From Candidatus Methylomirabilis oxygeniifera (GTDB lineage Bacteria > Methylomirabilota > Methylomirabilia > Methylomirabilales > Methylomirabilaceae), in contig FP565575.1 in assembly GCA_000091165.1 (NCBI GenBank), positions 1,560,001-1,592,000 on the forward strand: a stretch of 32,000 bases of DNA. The letters run 5' to 3'. Position numbers and translations under genes: made by a program. This document shows, one piece after another, positions 1 to 9,223 of the stretch; within the stretch, counting starts at the first letter, position 1; each line of letters starts with the position of its first letter. The notes below the pieces were generated by a model that made no database searches, was not told the DNA's origin, and worked only from the letters and a program-made list of their open reading frames with translations.

Positions 1-902
1 GGTTTGGCCTTCGCGGCAGTCTTCAGTTCGGCGGCGCGGGCAACGAGCTGACCCACATGTTCAAAGCCCCGCCCCTCGCTCGGAACGACGGCAATAGATA
101 GCGTCATAAGCGGAAAGCGGCAGAGGCGATTCTGGCGGTCCTTCAGGAGCAGAGATCCCTGACGACGATCAGTCTCATCATAGAGGGAAGGCGCGATCAG
201 ATCGAAATTTGCGATGATCTCCCGACAGGCCGATTCGATCTGCGGCATCGGCAGGATCACAACAAAGTCATCCCCTCCGATATGTCCGACAAAACCGGAT
301 CCCGACCCCAGGTTCACAACAGCGTTCAAGACGATTCGCGCCGTCATCCTGAGTGCGTCATCGCCCCTGGCAAAGCCGTACCGATCGTTGTACGCCTTGA
401 ACGAGTCAATGTCGAGATAGGCCAACGCAAAGGCCTGATCGGCGTCAAGCCGCCGTTGAATTTCTTGAAGAATGGTGTTGTTTCCGGGTAGGCGGGTCAG
501 CGGGTTGGCATCAAGTTCGAGATTTGATCGCAGGAGGCAGAGACGACTCCTGATGCACACCTCTTGCGGGCTGACGGGCGCCGCAACAAAATCGCTAAGC
601 TGAAGCTCCGCCCACGTATCGACCCGCTCGTCGGCCCCGGTCTGGAGCAGCAGGATCATCGGAAGCTGGCGGAACACCGGATCGGCTCGGATGAGCCTCG
701 CGATCCTCTCTCCCTCCGAGGCGGACAGGTCATCGCTCAGGATCATGAGATCCGGGGGATCGGCATACATCTCGTACAGCGCCTGGCAAGGATTGCTTGG
801 CGTCTTCACCTCGAAGCCTTCCCGCATCAGACGCTCGACCGCCTCATGAGGCAGAGAGGGATCGACTCGAATGAACAGAATCTTTGCGCTGTGGTCCGTC
901 AT
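1..902 (-). CDS. Response regulator receiver + GGDEF-domain (diguanylate cyclase-like) protein, C-terminus truncated by window edge
   Basis: Manual minus-strand translation from ATG at 902: MTDHSAKILFIRVDPSLPHEAVERLMREGFEVKTPSNP..., then FKAYNDRYGFARGDDALR...GHIGGDDFVVILP typical of GGDEF domains. Absent from the supplied ORF track, probably because it is edge-truncated. Confidence 0.85.
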   Translation of the reverse strand, partial: MTDHSAKILFIRVDPSLPHEAVERLMREGFEVKTPSNPCQALYEMYADPPDLMILSDDLSASEGERIARLIRADPVFRQLPMILLLQTGADERVDTWAELQLSDFVAAPVSPQEVCIRSRLCLLRSNLELDANPLTRLPGNNTILQEIQRRLDADQAFALAYLDIDSFKAYNDRYGFARGDDALRMTARIVLNAVVNLGSGSGFVGHIGGDDFVVILPMPQIESACREIIANFDLIAPSLYDETDRRQGSLLLKDRQNRLCRFPLMTLSIAVVPSEGRGFEHVGQLVARAAELKTAAKAK

Positions 903-914
903 ATCGCTGAATAC

Positions 915-1760
915 TCAGGCAAAGGCCATGGTAATCTCTTGCTCGTCAACCTCGCTCAGCGCCTCCTCGACCTGCCCCATTGTCAGACCAAGACGATTCC
1001 ACGCTGCATGGGAGAGCGGGGGAACCTTCGCGTCTCCCGAATCTCCGATACTCGCAGCAATGCAGAGAATATCGGCCAAATGAACAATGGCAGTCGTAAG
1101 CGTGGCCTCTCGGGCGAGGTGCGGGACGTGATGAAACGCGATGGGCTCTACCAGCTTTTCCGGCAAACTCCATCGCTCAAGCAACCATCGGCCGATCTGG
1201 GCGTGGGTTGCGCCCACCACCTCCGCCTCCGCCTCGTGCATGAGGAGATGCCGCTTCCTTGCGACTTCCACAATTGCAGTAAACTCCCCAGGCAGCGTGG
1301 CGCAGAGGGCGATCTTGCCCAGGTCGTGCAGCAACCCCGCCACTACCGCCTCTTCTGGTTCGTGAAGTCCCACCTTCCTGGCCAGGACACCCGCGACCCG
1401 AGCGGTCCCGATCGAGTGGTCCCACAGATGCTTGCGATCCAGACCGTCCCCTCCCCCTTGCTGAAGAAGATCGAAGACAGACGCGCTCATGGCGAGCCCC
1501 TTGACCACGTTAAACCCCAGAAGTACCGTAGCATGCGTAATCGTCGACACGCGGCGTGAAAAGCCGTAGAAGGTGGAATTGACTAATTTGAGGACCCTGG
1601 CCGAGAGTACCTGATCTTTCGCGATGATCCGTCCCACATCGGCGGCAGAGGTATCGGGGCTTTCGACCATCGAGGCGATCTTGGTGACAACCTGCGGTAG
1701 CGTGGGAAGGGTAGTAATCCGCTCGATCTTCGCTCGCAGGATCTCCGGTGTCATGGTCAT
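915..1760 (-). CDS. HDOD domain protein
   Basis: ORF 915..1871; likely start at internal Met (MTMTPEILRAKIERITTLPTLPQVVTKIASMVESPDTSAADVGRIIAKDQVLSARVLKLVNSTFYG), a classic HDOD N-terminus. Start overlaps the end of the upstream gene. Confidence 0.88.
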   Translation of the reverse strand: MTMTPEILRAKIERITTLPTLPQVVTKIASMVESPDTSAADVGRIIAKDQVLSARVLKLVNSTFYGFSRRVSTITHATVLLGFNVVKGLAMSASVFDLLQQGGGDGLDRKHLWDHSIGTARVAGVLARKVGLHEPEEAVVAGLLHDLGKIALCATLPGEFTAIVEVARKRHLLMHEAEAEVVGATHAQIGRWLLERWSLPEKLVEPIAFHHVPHLAREATLTTAIVHLADILCIAASIGDSGDAKVPPLSHAAWNRLGLTMGQVEEALSEVDEQEITMAFA

Positions 1761-2083
1761 CGATAGGTCTCGCCGCTGGCACGACTCCGAATGCGTTTTC
1801 GCACGATGGCCTGGATCTGTTGCATCAGCGGGTCGTGTTGCACGTGAGCGAACCGACGTTCCAGCGCCCACTCCATCCGCTTCGCCGTCTCTGCCGACAA
1901 CATGCCTTCGTCGGGCCCTTCCGCCTCCACCCAGACCTGTGCAACGCCCTGATCTGCCAGTCGTTCGATCATCCGCCCGGTCATGGATACTCCCGGCGCC
2001 AGCAGGATCCGCCCGGAGTCATGAACTACCGGCTTGGCCACCTTCATGCCCTCCACCAGCAGCCCGATTGCCAGCAGACGCAT
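1757..2083 (-). CDS. Small protein resembling the N-terminal region of HD-GYP proteins
   Basis: 108 aa; GMKVAKPVVHDSGRILLAPGVSMTGRMIERLADQGVAQVWVE; ATG/stop overlap with the HDOD gene suggests coupling. Confidence 0.6.
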   Translation of the reverse strand: MRLLAIGLLVEGMKVAKPVVHDSGRILLAPGVSMTGRMIERLADQGVAQVWVEAEGPDEGMLSAETAKRMEWALERRFAHVQHDPLMQQIQAIVRKRIRSRASGETYR

Positions 2084-2089
2084 AGTCGG

Positions 2090-2788
2090 CTATCGCCCAT
2101 TCCGGCCAAACTCGGCCAGCACACGGTCCGCCATCTCCTGATTCATCGCATTCGATGCCGACGCAGCAGCAAATTCATTAATCGCCTTCCACTTGTCGTC
2201 TACATCGACGCCGTCTTTTTCATCTGGTGGGATATTGAACAGCACCAACAGGCGCAAGAGTCGATCATGTATCTCGGTAATCAGCGCCATGCTTTTCTGA
2301 ATCCTCTGGGCGGTAATATCCTGAAACTCCATCGCGCCCATGATCTCAAGTGCGCGGCCTTGTACGCGACCATGTATCTCCTGTAGACGCGCGACGGTCT
2401 GGAGGGCCGCATTCCGTCGATCGTCCTTTCCCCATTCCTCATTCAACAGGACCGCAAGCTGTTGCAGGTCCTGACCCATTGCCGCTTGCTCTTCTGCAAT
2501 CCGGTCGATCTCATCGAGCACACGAAGCGAGGCCTGCTCTGTCTCCTGCACCACCTCAGACAGGTGGCCTAGCATCTTGGGAAGACGTCGAGAACTTGCT
2601 CCCACCGACGGGTCCAACTCCTGCAGGTTCCGCATCGTCTGATTGATGAAAGAGGCCAGGCGACCGATCTCTCCCTTGGCCTGGACCGTTACCAACTCCC
2701 GGAACTCTCCATCGGCCATCCTTCTGGCGGCTTCGACCAGCGTGCAGAGATCCTGAGGCTCCTCGTGCCGATGCGGATGTCCATCCAT
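2090..2788 (-). CDS. cheZ: Chemotaxis protein phosphatase CheZ family
   Basis: 232 aa helical protein with the CheZ catalytic-type motif ...IMGAMEFQDITAQRIQKSMALI...; located in a che/mot cluster. Confidence 0.82.
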   Translation of the reverse strand: MDGHPHRHEEPQDLCTLVEAARRMADGEFRELVTVQAKGEIGRLASFINQTMRNLQELDPSVGASSRRLPKMLGHLSEVVQETEQASLRVLDEIDRIAEEQAAMGQDLQQLAVLLNEEWGKDDRRNAALQTVARLQEIHGRVQGRALEIMGAMEFQDITAQRIQKSMALITEIHDRLLRLLVLFNIPPDEKDGVDVDDKWKAINEFAAASASNAMNQEMADRVLAEFGRNGR

Positions 2789-2820
2789 AGCGTTCTCCTT
2801 TTAAATGCAGCCGCCGGCCC

Positions 2821-2862
2821 TCAGCGTTCAGCTATGAGCTGCCTGACGGCTAATGGCTGACT
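2821..2862. repeat. TCAGC/GCTGA-rich intergenic repeat
   Basis: tcagcgttcagctatgagctgcctgacggctaatggctgac; related segments occur in many other gaps in the window. Confidence 0.6.
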
Positions 2863-2962
2863 CCTCTATTATTATGCAGGCCCTTGGCCTACGAGCAGAT
2901 GCAACTCCACTCGGCGATTCCGCGGATTACCCCGCGCCGGATCGTTTGGCGCCAAGGGCTGA

Positions 2963-3562
2963 TTATCGCATCCCCCTGGCCGCTAGGCGAGCGGGAGGGA
3001 ATCGATGGACCTCTACCAGATGCCGGATCACCGCAGTCGCGCGCGTAACTGATAGCTCCCAGTTGCTGGGAAAGTTGGATGACCTGATGGGGAGTAGATC
3101 GGTGTGCCCTTCAACCTCGATGGCATATGGCATGTTGAATAGTGGCCGGGCGACCTTATCCAGAATCTTCTTGGCGTCGTCGGAAAGAGTCGCGCTGCCT
3201 AGACCAAAGAGGACGGTGTCCCGAAAGCGAAGAATGAGCCCCTTGTCATTCCGCTCGATCTCTACGCTTCCCGTCTTAATCTCTTCCTCGACGTGTGAGC
3301 TCAACTGCTGAACCAACAGGCCTACGACATCGGGAAATGGCAGCAGCGTCTCTCCGCCATTCCCTGCCTGCACAATCGGTCGCGGCGGCAGCGGGACGCC
3401 GAACGCCATCCGGATCGACGACACCAGGTCGCTATATTTCCTGCCGTCCACTCTGGACGAGGCATACAGAACGATAAAGAAGGCCAAAAGGAGGGTGATC
3501 ATGTCGGCATAGGTCAATAGCCACCGTAACCCTCCGCCTCCATCATGTCTATTGCCTGTCAT
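2963..3562 (-). CDS. motB: MotB-type stator protein (OmpA family), apparently frameshifted; full ancestral reading would extend to 2872
   Basis: MTGNRHDGGGGLRWLLTYADMITLLLAFFIVLYASSRVDG (MotB plug/TM with conserved Asp) and OmpA-like EVEGHTDLLPIRSSNFPSNWELSVTRATAVIRHL. Stops after RLAARGMR; the next frame continues DNQPLAPNDPARGNPRNRRVELHLL. Confidence 0.85.
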   Translation of the reverse strand: MTGNRHDGGGGLRWLLTYADMITLLLAFFIVLYASSRVDGRKYSDLVSSIRMAFGVPLPPRPIVQAGNGGETLLPFPDVVGLLVQQLSSHVEEEIKTGSVEIERNDKGLILRFRDTVLFGLGSATLSDDAKKILDKVARPLFNMPYAIEVEGHTDLLPIRSSNFPSNWELSVTRATAVIRHLVEVHRFPPARLAARGMR

Positions 3563-3576
3563 GTGTCGCCCTCACC

Positions 3577-3624
3577 TGTCAGCGATCAGCGCTCAGCTCG
3601 TAACTGACGGCTGACAGCCCACAG
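3577..3624. repeat. TCAGC/GCTGA-rich intergenic repeat
   Basis: gtcagcgatcagcgctcagctcgtaactgacggctgacagcc between motB and motA. Confidence 0.6.
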
Positions 3625-3631
3625 CTCCCTA

Positions 3632-4396
3632 TCACGCCATGGACGCGAAATACGATCGAAGTTTCTGCTCAAGCATGTGGGGATTGAGCCCAGACTGAAT
3701 CCCCAGAACTCCCTCCATCATCACCTCTCGGATTCTGACCTCCGCCTCACTCTTGACCTTGAGATTCCCGGATATTGGAAGAAAGAGCACATTCGCGCTG
3801 AAGATTCCATAGAACGTAGCGAGGAAGGCGACGGCGATCCCCCGACCAAGGCTATCCGTTCCCTCCCCGAGCTTGCTCAGAACATGGACCAAGCCCATGA
3901 CAGTGCCGATGATCCCCATAGTCGGGGCATAGCCGCCCATGATCCCGAAGATCTCAATCCCCTTCACGTGGCGAGCCTTCATCGAGTGGATCTCCGCCTG
4001 CATGATCTCCCGTACGATCGTTTCGTCCGCGCCGTCGATGACCAGTTCAATCCCCTTGCGCAGGAACGGGTCAACCCCATTTGCCGATACCCTGTCCTGA
4101 AGCGCCAATACCCCCTCCTTTCTAGCCGTCTGGGCGAGGTCTACGAGGGTCACAATCACCTCATGCGGCTCCAGTGCGACGCCGGCACATAGCGCCCGCT
4201 TCATGAGTTTCGGCAGTGCGAGGGTATCCTTCAGTGAGGCCGTCACCATGGTCGCGCCCACGGTGCCGCCGGCAATGATCAGAAAGGCTGGGAGGTTCAC
4301 AAATGCGCGCAGATCTCCCCCGTCCAATAGAACGGACCCCACAATCGCCGTGAGCCCGATAGCCAGACCGCCCAGAATGCCGAGGTCCATTATCAC
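3632..4396 (-). CDS. motA: Flagellar motor stator protein MotA/PomA family
   Basis: 254 aa; MDLGILGGLAIGLTAIVGSVLLDGGDLRAFVNLPAFLIIAGGTVGATMV..., GIEIFGIMGGYAPTMGIIGTVMGLVHVLSKL, immediately upstream of motB. Confidence 0.95.
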   Translation of the reverse strand: MIMDLGILGGLAIGLTAIVGSVLLDGGDLRAFVNLPAFLIIAGGTVGATMVTASLKDTLALPKLMKRALCAGVALEPHEVIVTLVDLAQTARKEGVLALQDRVSANGVDPFLRKGIELVIDGADETIVREIMQAEIHSMKARHVKGIEIFGIMGGYAPTMGIIGTVMGLVHVLSKLGEGTDSLGRGIAVAFLATFYGIFSANVLFLPISGNLKVKSEAEVRIREVMMEGVLGIQSGLNPHMLEQKLRSYFASMA

Positions 4397-4401
4397 GCAC
4401 T

Positions 4402-5616
4402 TTACAGAAGCAACCTGATCCCCTGGGTCTGGTTAAACCTCAGGAACTCAGCATGAAGTTGCAGATCGAGGTTGATCACGCTCATCGTGCCGTTATGGTG
4501 GGTAGCCATCAGTTCCTCGTGAAGGTCCACGAGCGTCTCCAGAAGATTGACATGAAGTTCCTTGATGCTCGTGAGGTCGATGACAATTGCCTTCTTACCG
4601 AGTTTGATCATGGCGCTGATCTCTCGTCTTACGTCATGTACCTTCTCGAGCGTCATCTCACCATGCGGCCACACACACAAGCCCACCGTTTGCCAGTCTT
4701 CAAATTGCAACGGCTTCTTCGCACACTTTTGATGCTCGGCCCCGTTGACGACAACCCAGCCCTCCCGAAAGGCGCACGGACCTTGATAGACGCAGTACCG
4801 CCCACGCTGGAAAGGTCTCGCGTACATACAGCGCTCGATAAGCGTCTCTCTGATTCTGCGCTGCTTCTCCTTTCCTTCCTCCAGGCGCTTGACGCACTCG
4901 ATAATGTGCGATCGGATGTTCTCGGCCGTATCGCTCAGCGTCACGGCTCCATCGGCCTTCCGCTCGAACAGAGCCTCGGCAATCACGTCAAGGTCGCCTT
5001 CATCGCCTGCGACGACGAACGTGGCCTGATCCTGCTTTCGTCTCCGATACTCATCGAGAAGCGAAAGCGTGAACGGGCTCTTCACATCGCCGAGGATCGC
5101 CACAGGCTTTTCGCGGATGACGACTTCCAGCACCTGGTCGACCTCGTCCGCTCCGTCATAGATGCGAATCTCTCCCCACGTCAGCTTTTCTTCCAACGTG
5201 TCGGCTAACCCTTGAGAGAGCAGCAGAATAGTGCCATAAAATCGGTCCGTATCCGGCTTACCGAGGAGGACGTCGACTCGACGGGCCAGATCCTTCAGGT
5301 CCAGCGGCTTTTTCAGAAACGCGGAGACGCTCAACGCTCTGGCCTCCTGAACGGTTGAGATATCAGGAAAGCCGGTCATCAGGACAAACGGTACCCGGAG
5401 ATTCAGTTTCCTGATCTCCCGAATCAATTCGAGGCCGCTGGTCCCCTGAAGCCGCTGATCGGTGAGCACCAGATCGACTCCATGGCGCACATGCCCGATC
5501 GCGGCTTGCGCATCAGGAGCCGATTTGACCTTATGCCCAAGTAACTCCAGGTATTGCTCCAGCGACTCCCTGACCTGGTCGTCGTCGTCGATTACGAGGA
5601 TCGTATCCTTCCCCAT
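4402..5616 (-). CDS. Response regulator: N-terminal receiver, central Cys-containing region, C-terminal STAS-like domain
   Basis: 404 aa; ILVIDDDDQVRESLEQYLELLGHKV...VLTDQRLQGTSGLELI...KKPLDLKDL receiver; C-x11-C-x5-C...C...C stretch; C-terminus KKAIVIDLTSIKELHVNLLETLVDLHEELMATHHNGTMSVINL resembles STAS; 5 nt upstream of motA. Confidence 0.75.
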   Translation of the reverse strand: MGKDTILVIDDDDQVRESLEQYLELLGHKVKSAPDAQAAIGHVRHGVDLVLTDQRLQGTSGLELIREIRKLNLRVPFVLMTGFPDISTVQEARALSVSAFLKKPLDLKDLARRVDVLLGKPDTDRFYGTILLLSQGLADTLEEKLTWGEIRIYDGADEVDQVLEVVIREKPVAILGDVKSPFTLSLLDEYRRRKQDQATFVVAGDEGDLDVIAEALFERKADGAVTLSDTAENIRSHIIECVKRLEEGKEKQRRIRETLIERCMYARPFQRGRYCVYQGPCAFREGWVVVNGAEHQKCAKKPLQFEDWQTVGLCVWPHGEMTLEKVHDVRREISAMIKLGKKAIVIDLTSIKELHVNLLETLVDLHEELMATHHNGTMSVINLDLQLHAEFLRFNQTQGIRLLL

Positions 5617-5749
5617 CGAGTATCGCTCCTCAATCGGCGATCAGCTGACAACGGTTACGGTACCGTCCACACATGCTGGTTTCAGCCATTGCAGGTCCCG
5701 TGCCATGCAGGTGGCCTCATGTCTCGTTATCTGGAACACCCTCCTCGCG

Positions 5750-5849
5750 GTCATTGCAACGAGCGCCGCGACCGAAGCAATCTCACCGTTTTCGTATCGT
5801 CAAGTACCGTGAGATTGCCGCGCTCCCTTCGGTCGCTCGCAATAACGAG
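5750..5849. repeat. Palindromic (MITE/REP-like) intergenic element
   Basis: gtcattgcaacgagcgccgcgaccgaagcaatctcac ... gtgagattgccgcgctcccttcggtcgctcgcaataacgag; imperfect inverted arms spanning the whole ~100 nt. Confidence 0.7.
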
Positions 5850-5967
5850 CCAGTGAGTAGCCCGGGACCACGGCAAAATTTTCCGACAACACAGAAATAC
5901 GGAAGGCCGGAGGGGAATTGACTGAAGCATCCTAAAAGTCTTCAGTCTTCAGCCTAACCCACTGCAT

Positions 5968-7096
<1,129 letters not shown>

Positions 7097-7107
7097 ACCT
7101 TCAGTCT

Positions 7108-7668
7108 TTACTCATCAAACAGTGTGATTTCCCCGTACCGCTCGATCTCCCGCTGTGCCGTTGTCTCGTGCTCCCGCTCCACCACGGTAGTCACACTATT
7201 GACGCTGGAGAGGCGTTTCAATCTGACCCTCCCGGACGCGGTATCGAACAGGACATACCGGGCGGCGCGGCCTCCCAAGTCATGGGCCAGCAGCGGAATC
7301 TCCTCCGTACGCAGGAACTCCCGAATAAACCGGATGTTCTGCTGAGGAACTCCGTTGGGCGAGTCGGCGATCCGGAGAACATGACCTCCGCCGAACACCT
7401 TAGCTTGCAGCCTAGCCCGCTGCCCCCCCAGCTTCTGAATCTCGCCGATCAGCAGTTCCATGGCATGAAGTCCGAATCGAGAGAGATTGTCCTCGGCATT
7501 GCCGTTCAGCGCGGCGGGCAACATAAAGTGATTCATTCCGCCAACGCCAGCCTCCGGATCCCGTAGACAGGCGGCAATGCAGGACCCCAGCAGGGTCTTG
7601 ATGACAGTCGGCTCACGGGTGGCGAACACGCCTCCAATGTGAATGCTGACCTGGGCTTTGCGCTTCAT
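7108..7668 (-). CDS. cheD: Chemoreceptor glutamine deamidase CheD
   Basis: 186 aa; TLLGSCIAACLRDPEAGVGGMNHFMLP...AKVFGGGHV... CheD signature; start overlaps the end of cheR. Confidence 0.95.
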   Translation of the reverse strand: MKRKAQVSIHIGGVFATREPTVIKTLLGSCIAACLRDPEAGVGGMNHFMLPAALNGNAEDNLSRFGLHAMELLIGEIQKLGGQRARLQAKVFGGGHVLRIADSPNGVPQQNIRFIREFLRTEEIPLLAHDLGGRAARYVLFDTASGRVRLKRLSSVNSVTTVVEREHETTAQREIERYGEITLFDE

Positions 7669-8582
7669 GCAGTCGCCTCCGCACCCTGTGGCAGCTCCAG
7701 AATCCGCCCTTCGCGCTTCCGGTAGACCGTGTTGCGAAGAGGGGTAAACTGATCGCTCATCCCATGGAGCGATTCGGAATGTCCGAGAAAGAGGTGGCCG
7801 TCATCTTGAAGATAGCCGGCAAAGCGTTCCATAAGACGGCGCTGCGTCGGCTTGTCGAAGTAGATAATGACGTTTCGGCAGAAGACGCAGTCAAAACGCG
7901 TTTGGATCGGCCACTGGCTGTCCTGTAGGTTAATTCGACGAAATGTGATCAGCTTTCGCAGCTCCGGAACCACCTGCACGAATCCGTCGTGCGCTCCCGT
8001 CCCTTGCAAGAAGTGCCGCTCGAGAATGGATCGAGGAATCTCGGCAACGCGTTCCGCCGCATAGACACCCTGCGCCGCTCTGGCCAGAACCTCCGTATCG
8101 ATGTCCGAGGCCAAGATGCGCACATCCCAGGTCGGCAAATTCTCGATGGCCCTTCGCAGCGTGATGGCGATCGTGTAGGGCTCCTCGCCGCTGCTGCACC
8201 CGGCGCTCCAGATCCGAATCCGTCGCTCTCCGGTCCGAACAGCCCGCGCCTTCCAGGCCGGCACCATCTCTTGCTCCAGGAAATCGAAGTGCGACTTTTC
8301 GCGATAAAAATCAGTCTTATTCGTCGTAATGGCATTGACGAAGTGTTCCAGCTCGGTATGTCCCGTCTCGCCGCTCAGATAGTCGTAGTACTGCTTGAAG
8401 GATACCAGCTTCAGCGCGCGCAGCCGTTTCCCCAGCCTGGAGCACACCAGATTTCGCTTGTGCTCGCTCAGAGCGATCCCGGTATGGGCTTTGACCAGAT
8501 TCTGAAACAGCCGAAATTCCTGATCAGAGATCGTGGTCTCTAACGGAATGTGCAACAAAGGCCCGACTGCAGTTCGCTGCAT
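7665..8582 (-). CDS. cheR: Chemotaxis protein methyltransferase CheR
   Basis: 305 aa; FYRDKSHFDFLEQEMVPAW..., IRIWSAGCSSGEEPYTIAITL, FDCVFCRNVIIYFDKPTQRRLMERF, HLFLGHSESL. Confidence 0.97.
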   Translation of the reverse strand: MQRTAVGPLLHIPLETTISDQEFRLFQNLVKAHTGIALSEHKRNLVCSRLGKRLRALKLVSFKQYYDYLSGETGHTELEHFVNAITTNKTDFYREKSHFDFLEQEMVPAWKARAVRTGERRIRIWSAGCSSGEEPYTIAITLRRAIENLPTWDVRILASDIDTEVLARAAQGVYAAERVAEIPRSILERHFLQGTGAHDGFVQVVPELRKLITFRRINLQDSQWPIQTRFDCVFCRNVIIYFDKPTQRRLMERFAGYLQDDGHLFLGHSESLHGMSDQFTPLRNTVYRKREGRILELPQGAEATA

Positions 8583-8597
8583 TTGCTCACTGCCTCC

Positions 8598-9140
8598 TTA
8601 GTTCCAGTCGGCCGCTTCAACCGCCGCTTGTGCGGTCGCCGCCGCGTCCGCAACCGTCAGCACCTTCTCGATGTCCAGCAGAATCACTAACTTCTCTCCG
8701 GCCTTGGCCAGCCCATTGATGAACGAGGTATCTACCTGGCCGTGAAGCTCCGGCGTAGTCTGAATATCGTCGCCGGCGACGTTCAGGACGTCGGAGACCG
8801 CATCCACGATAAACCCCATGGTCCGCTTCTGCCCCGCTTGAGATCCTCCGATCGGACGACCCTGGACCTGGACCACTACGATAACGGTAAACTTGGTTAG
8901 CTCCACTTCCGGCATCCCGAACTTTTTTCGCAAGTCAATAATAGGAACGATCGTGCCTCGAAGATTCAGTACTCCCTTGATAAATACCGGCGCGTTAGGA
9001 AGAGGGGTGATGGTCGAGAACCCCTTGATCTCCTGGATGTTCAGGATCTCCACCCCGTACTCTTCCTGCCCCAGGGCAAAGGTGAGGAACTGATGTATGT
9101 CATTCGCGCGGCTCGTCTTATCGATCGTGGACTCGTTCAT
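8598..9140 (-). CDS. cheW: Chemotaxis coupling protein CheW
   Basis: ORF 8598..9191; likely start MNESTIDKTSRANDIHQFLTFALGQEEYGVEILNIQEIKG; LRGTIVPIIDLRKKFG; GFIVDAVSDVLNV. Confidence 0.94.
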   Translation of the reverse strand: MNESTIDKTSRANDIHQFLTFALGQEEYGVEILNIQEIKGFSTITPLPNAPVFIKGVLNLRGTIVPIIDLRKKFGMPEVELTKFTVIVVVQVQGRPIGGSQAGQKRTMGFIVDAVSDVLNVAGDDIQTTPELHGQVDTSFINGLAKAGEKLVILLDIEKVLTVADAAATAQAAVEAADWN

Positions 9141-9223
9141 TGGCCGACTCCTCCTGTGCCACACCATCCCCTTGCTTAGAACCGACCGCAAAGGCGGGTG
9201 TGGCGCTGATAGTTGTCTATATT

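Noticed and set aside
564-1559. 331-aa plus-strand ORF
   Set aside because: Antisense to the convincing HDOD and REC-GGDEF genes; low-complexity Arg/His/Gln-rich composition typical of antisense frames in GC-rich DNA.
3632-4396. Idea that MotA is an ExbB/TolQ-type pump protein
   Set aside because: Length and the C-terminal GIMGGYAPTMGIIGTVMGL...FLATFYGIFSANVLFLPISGNLK pattern together with the adjacent MotB point to a flagellar stator.
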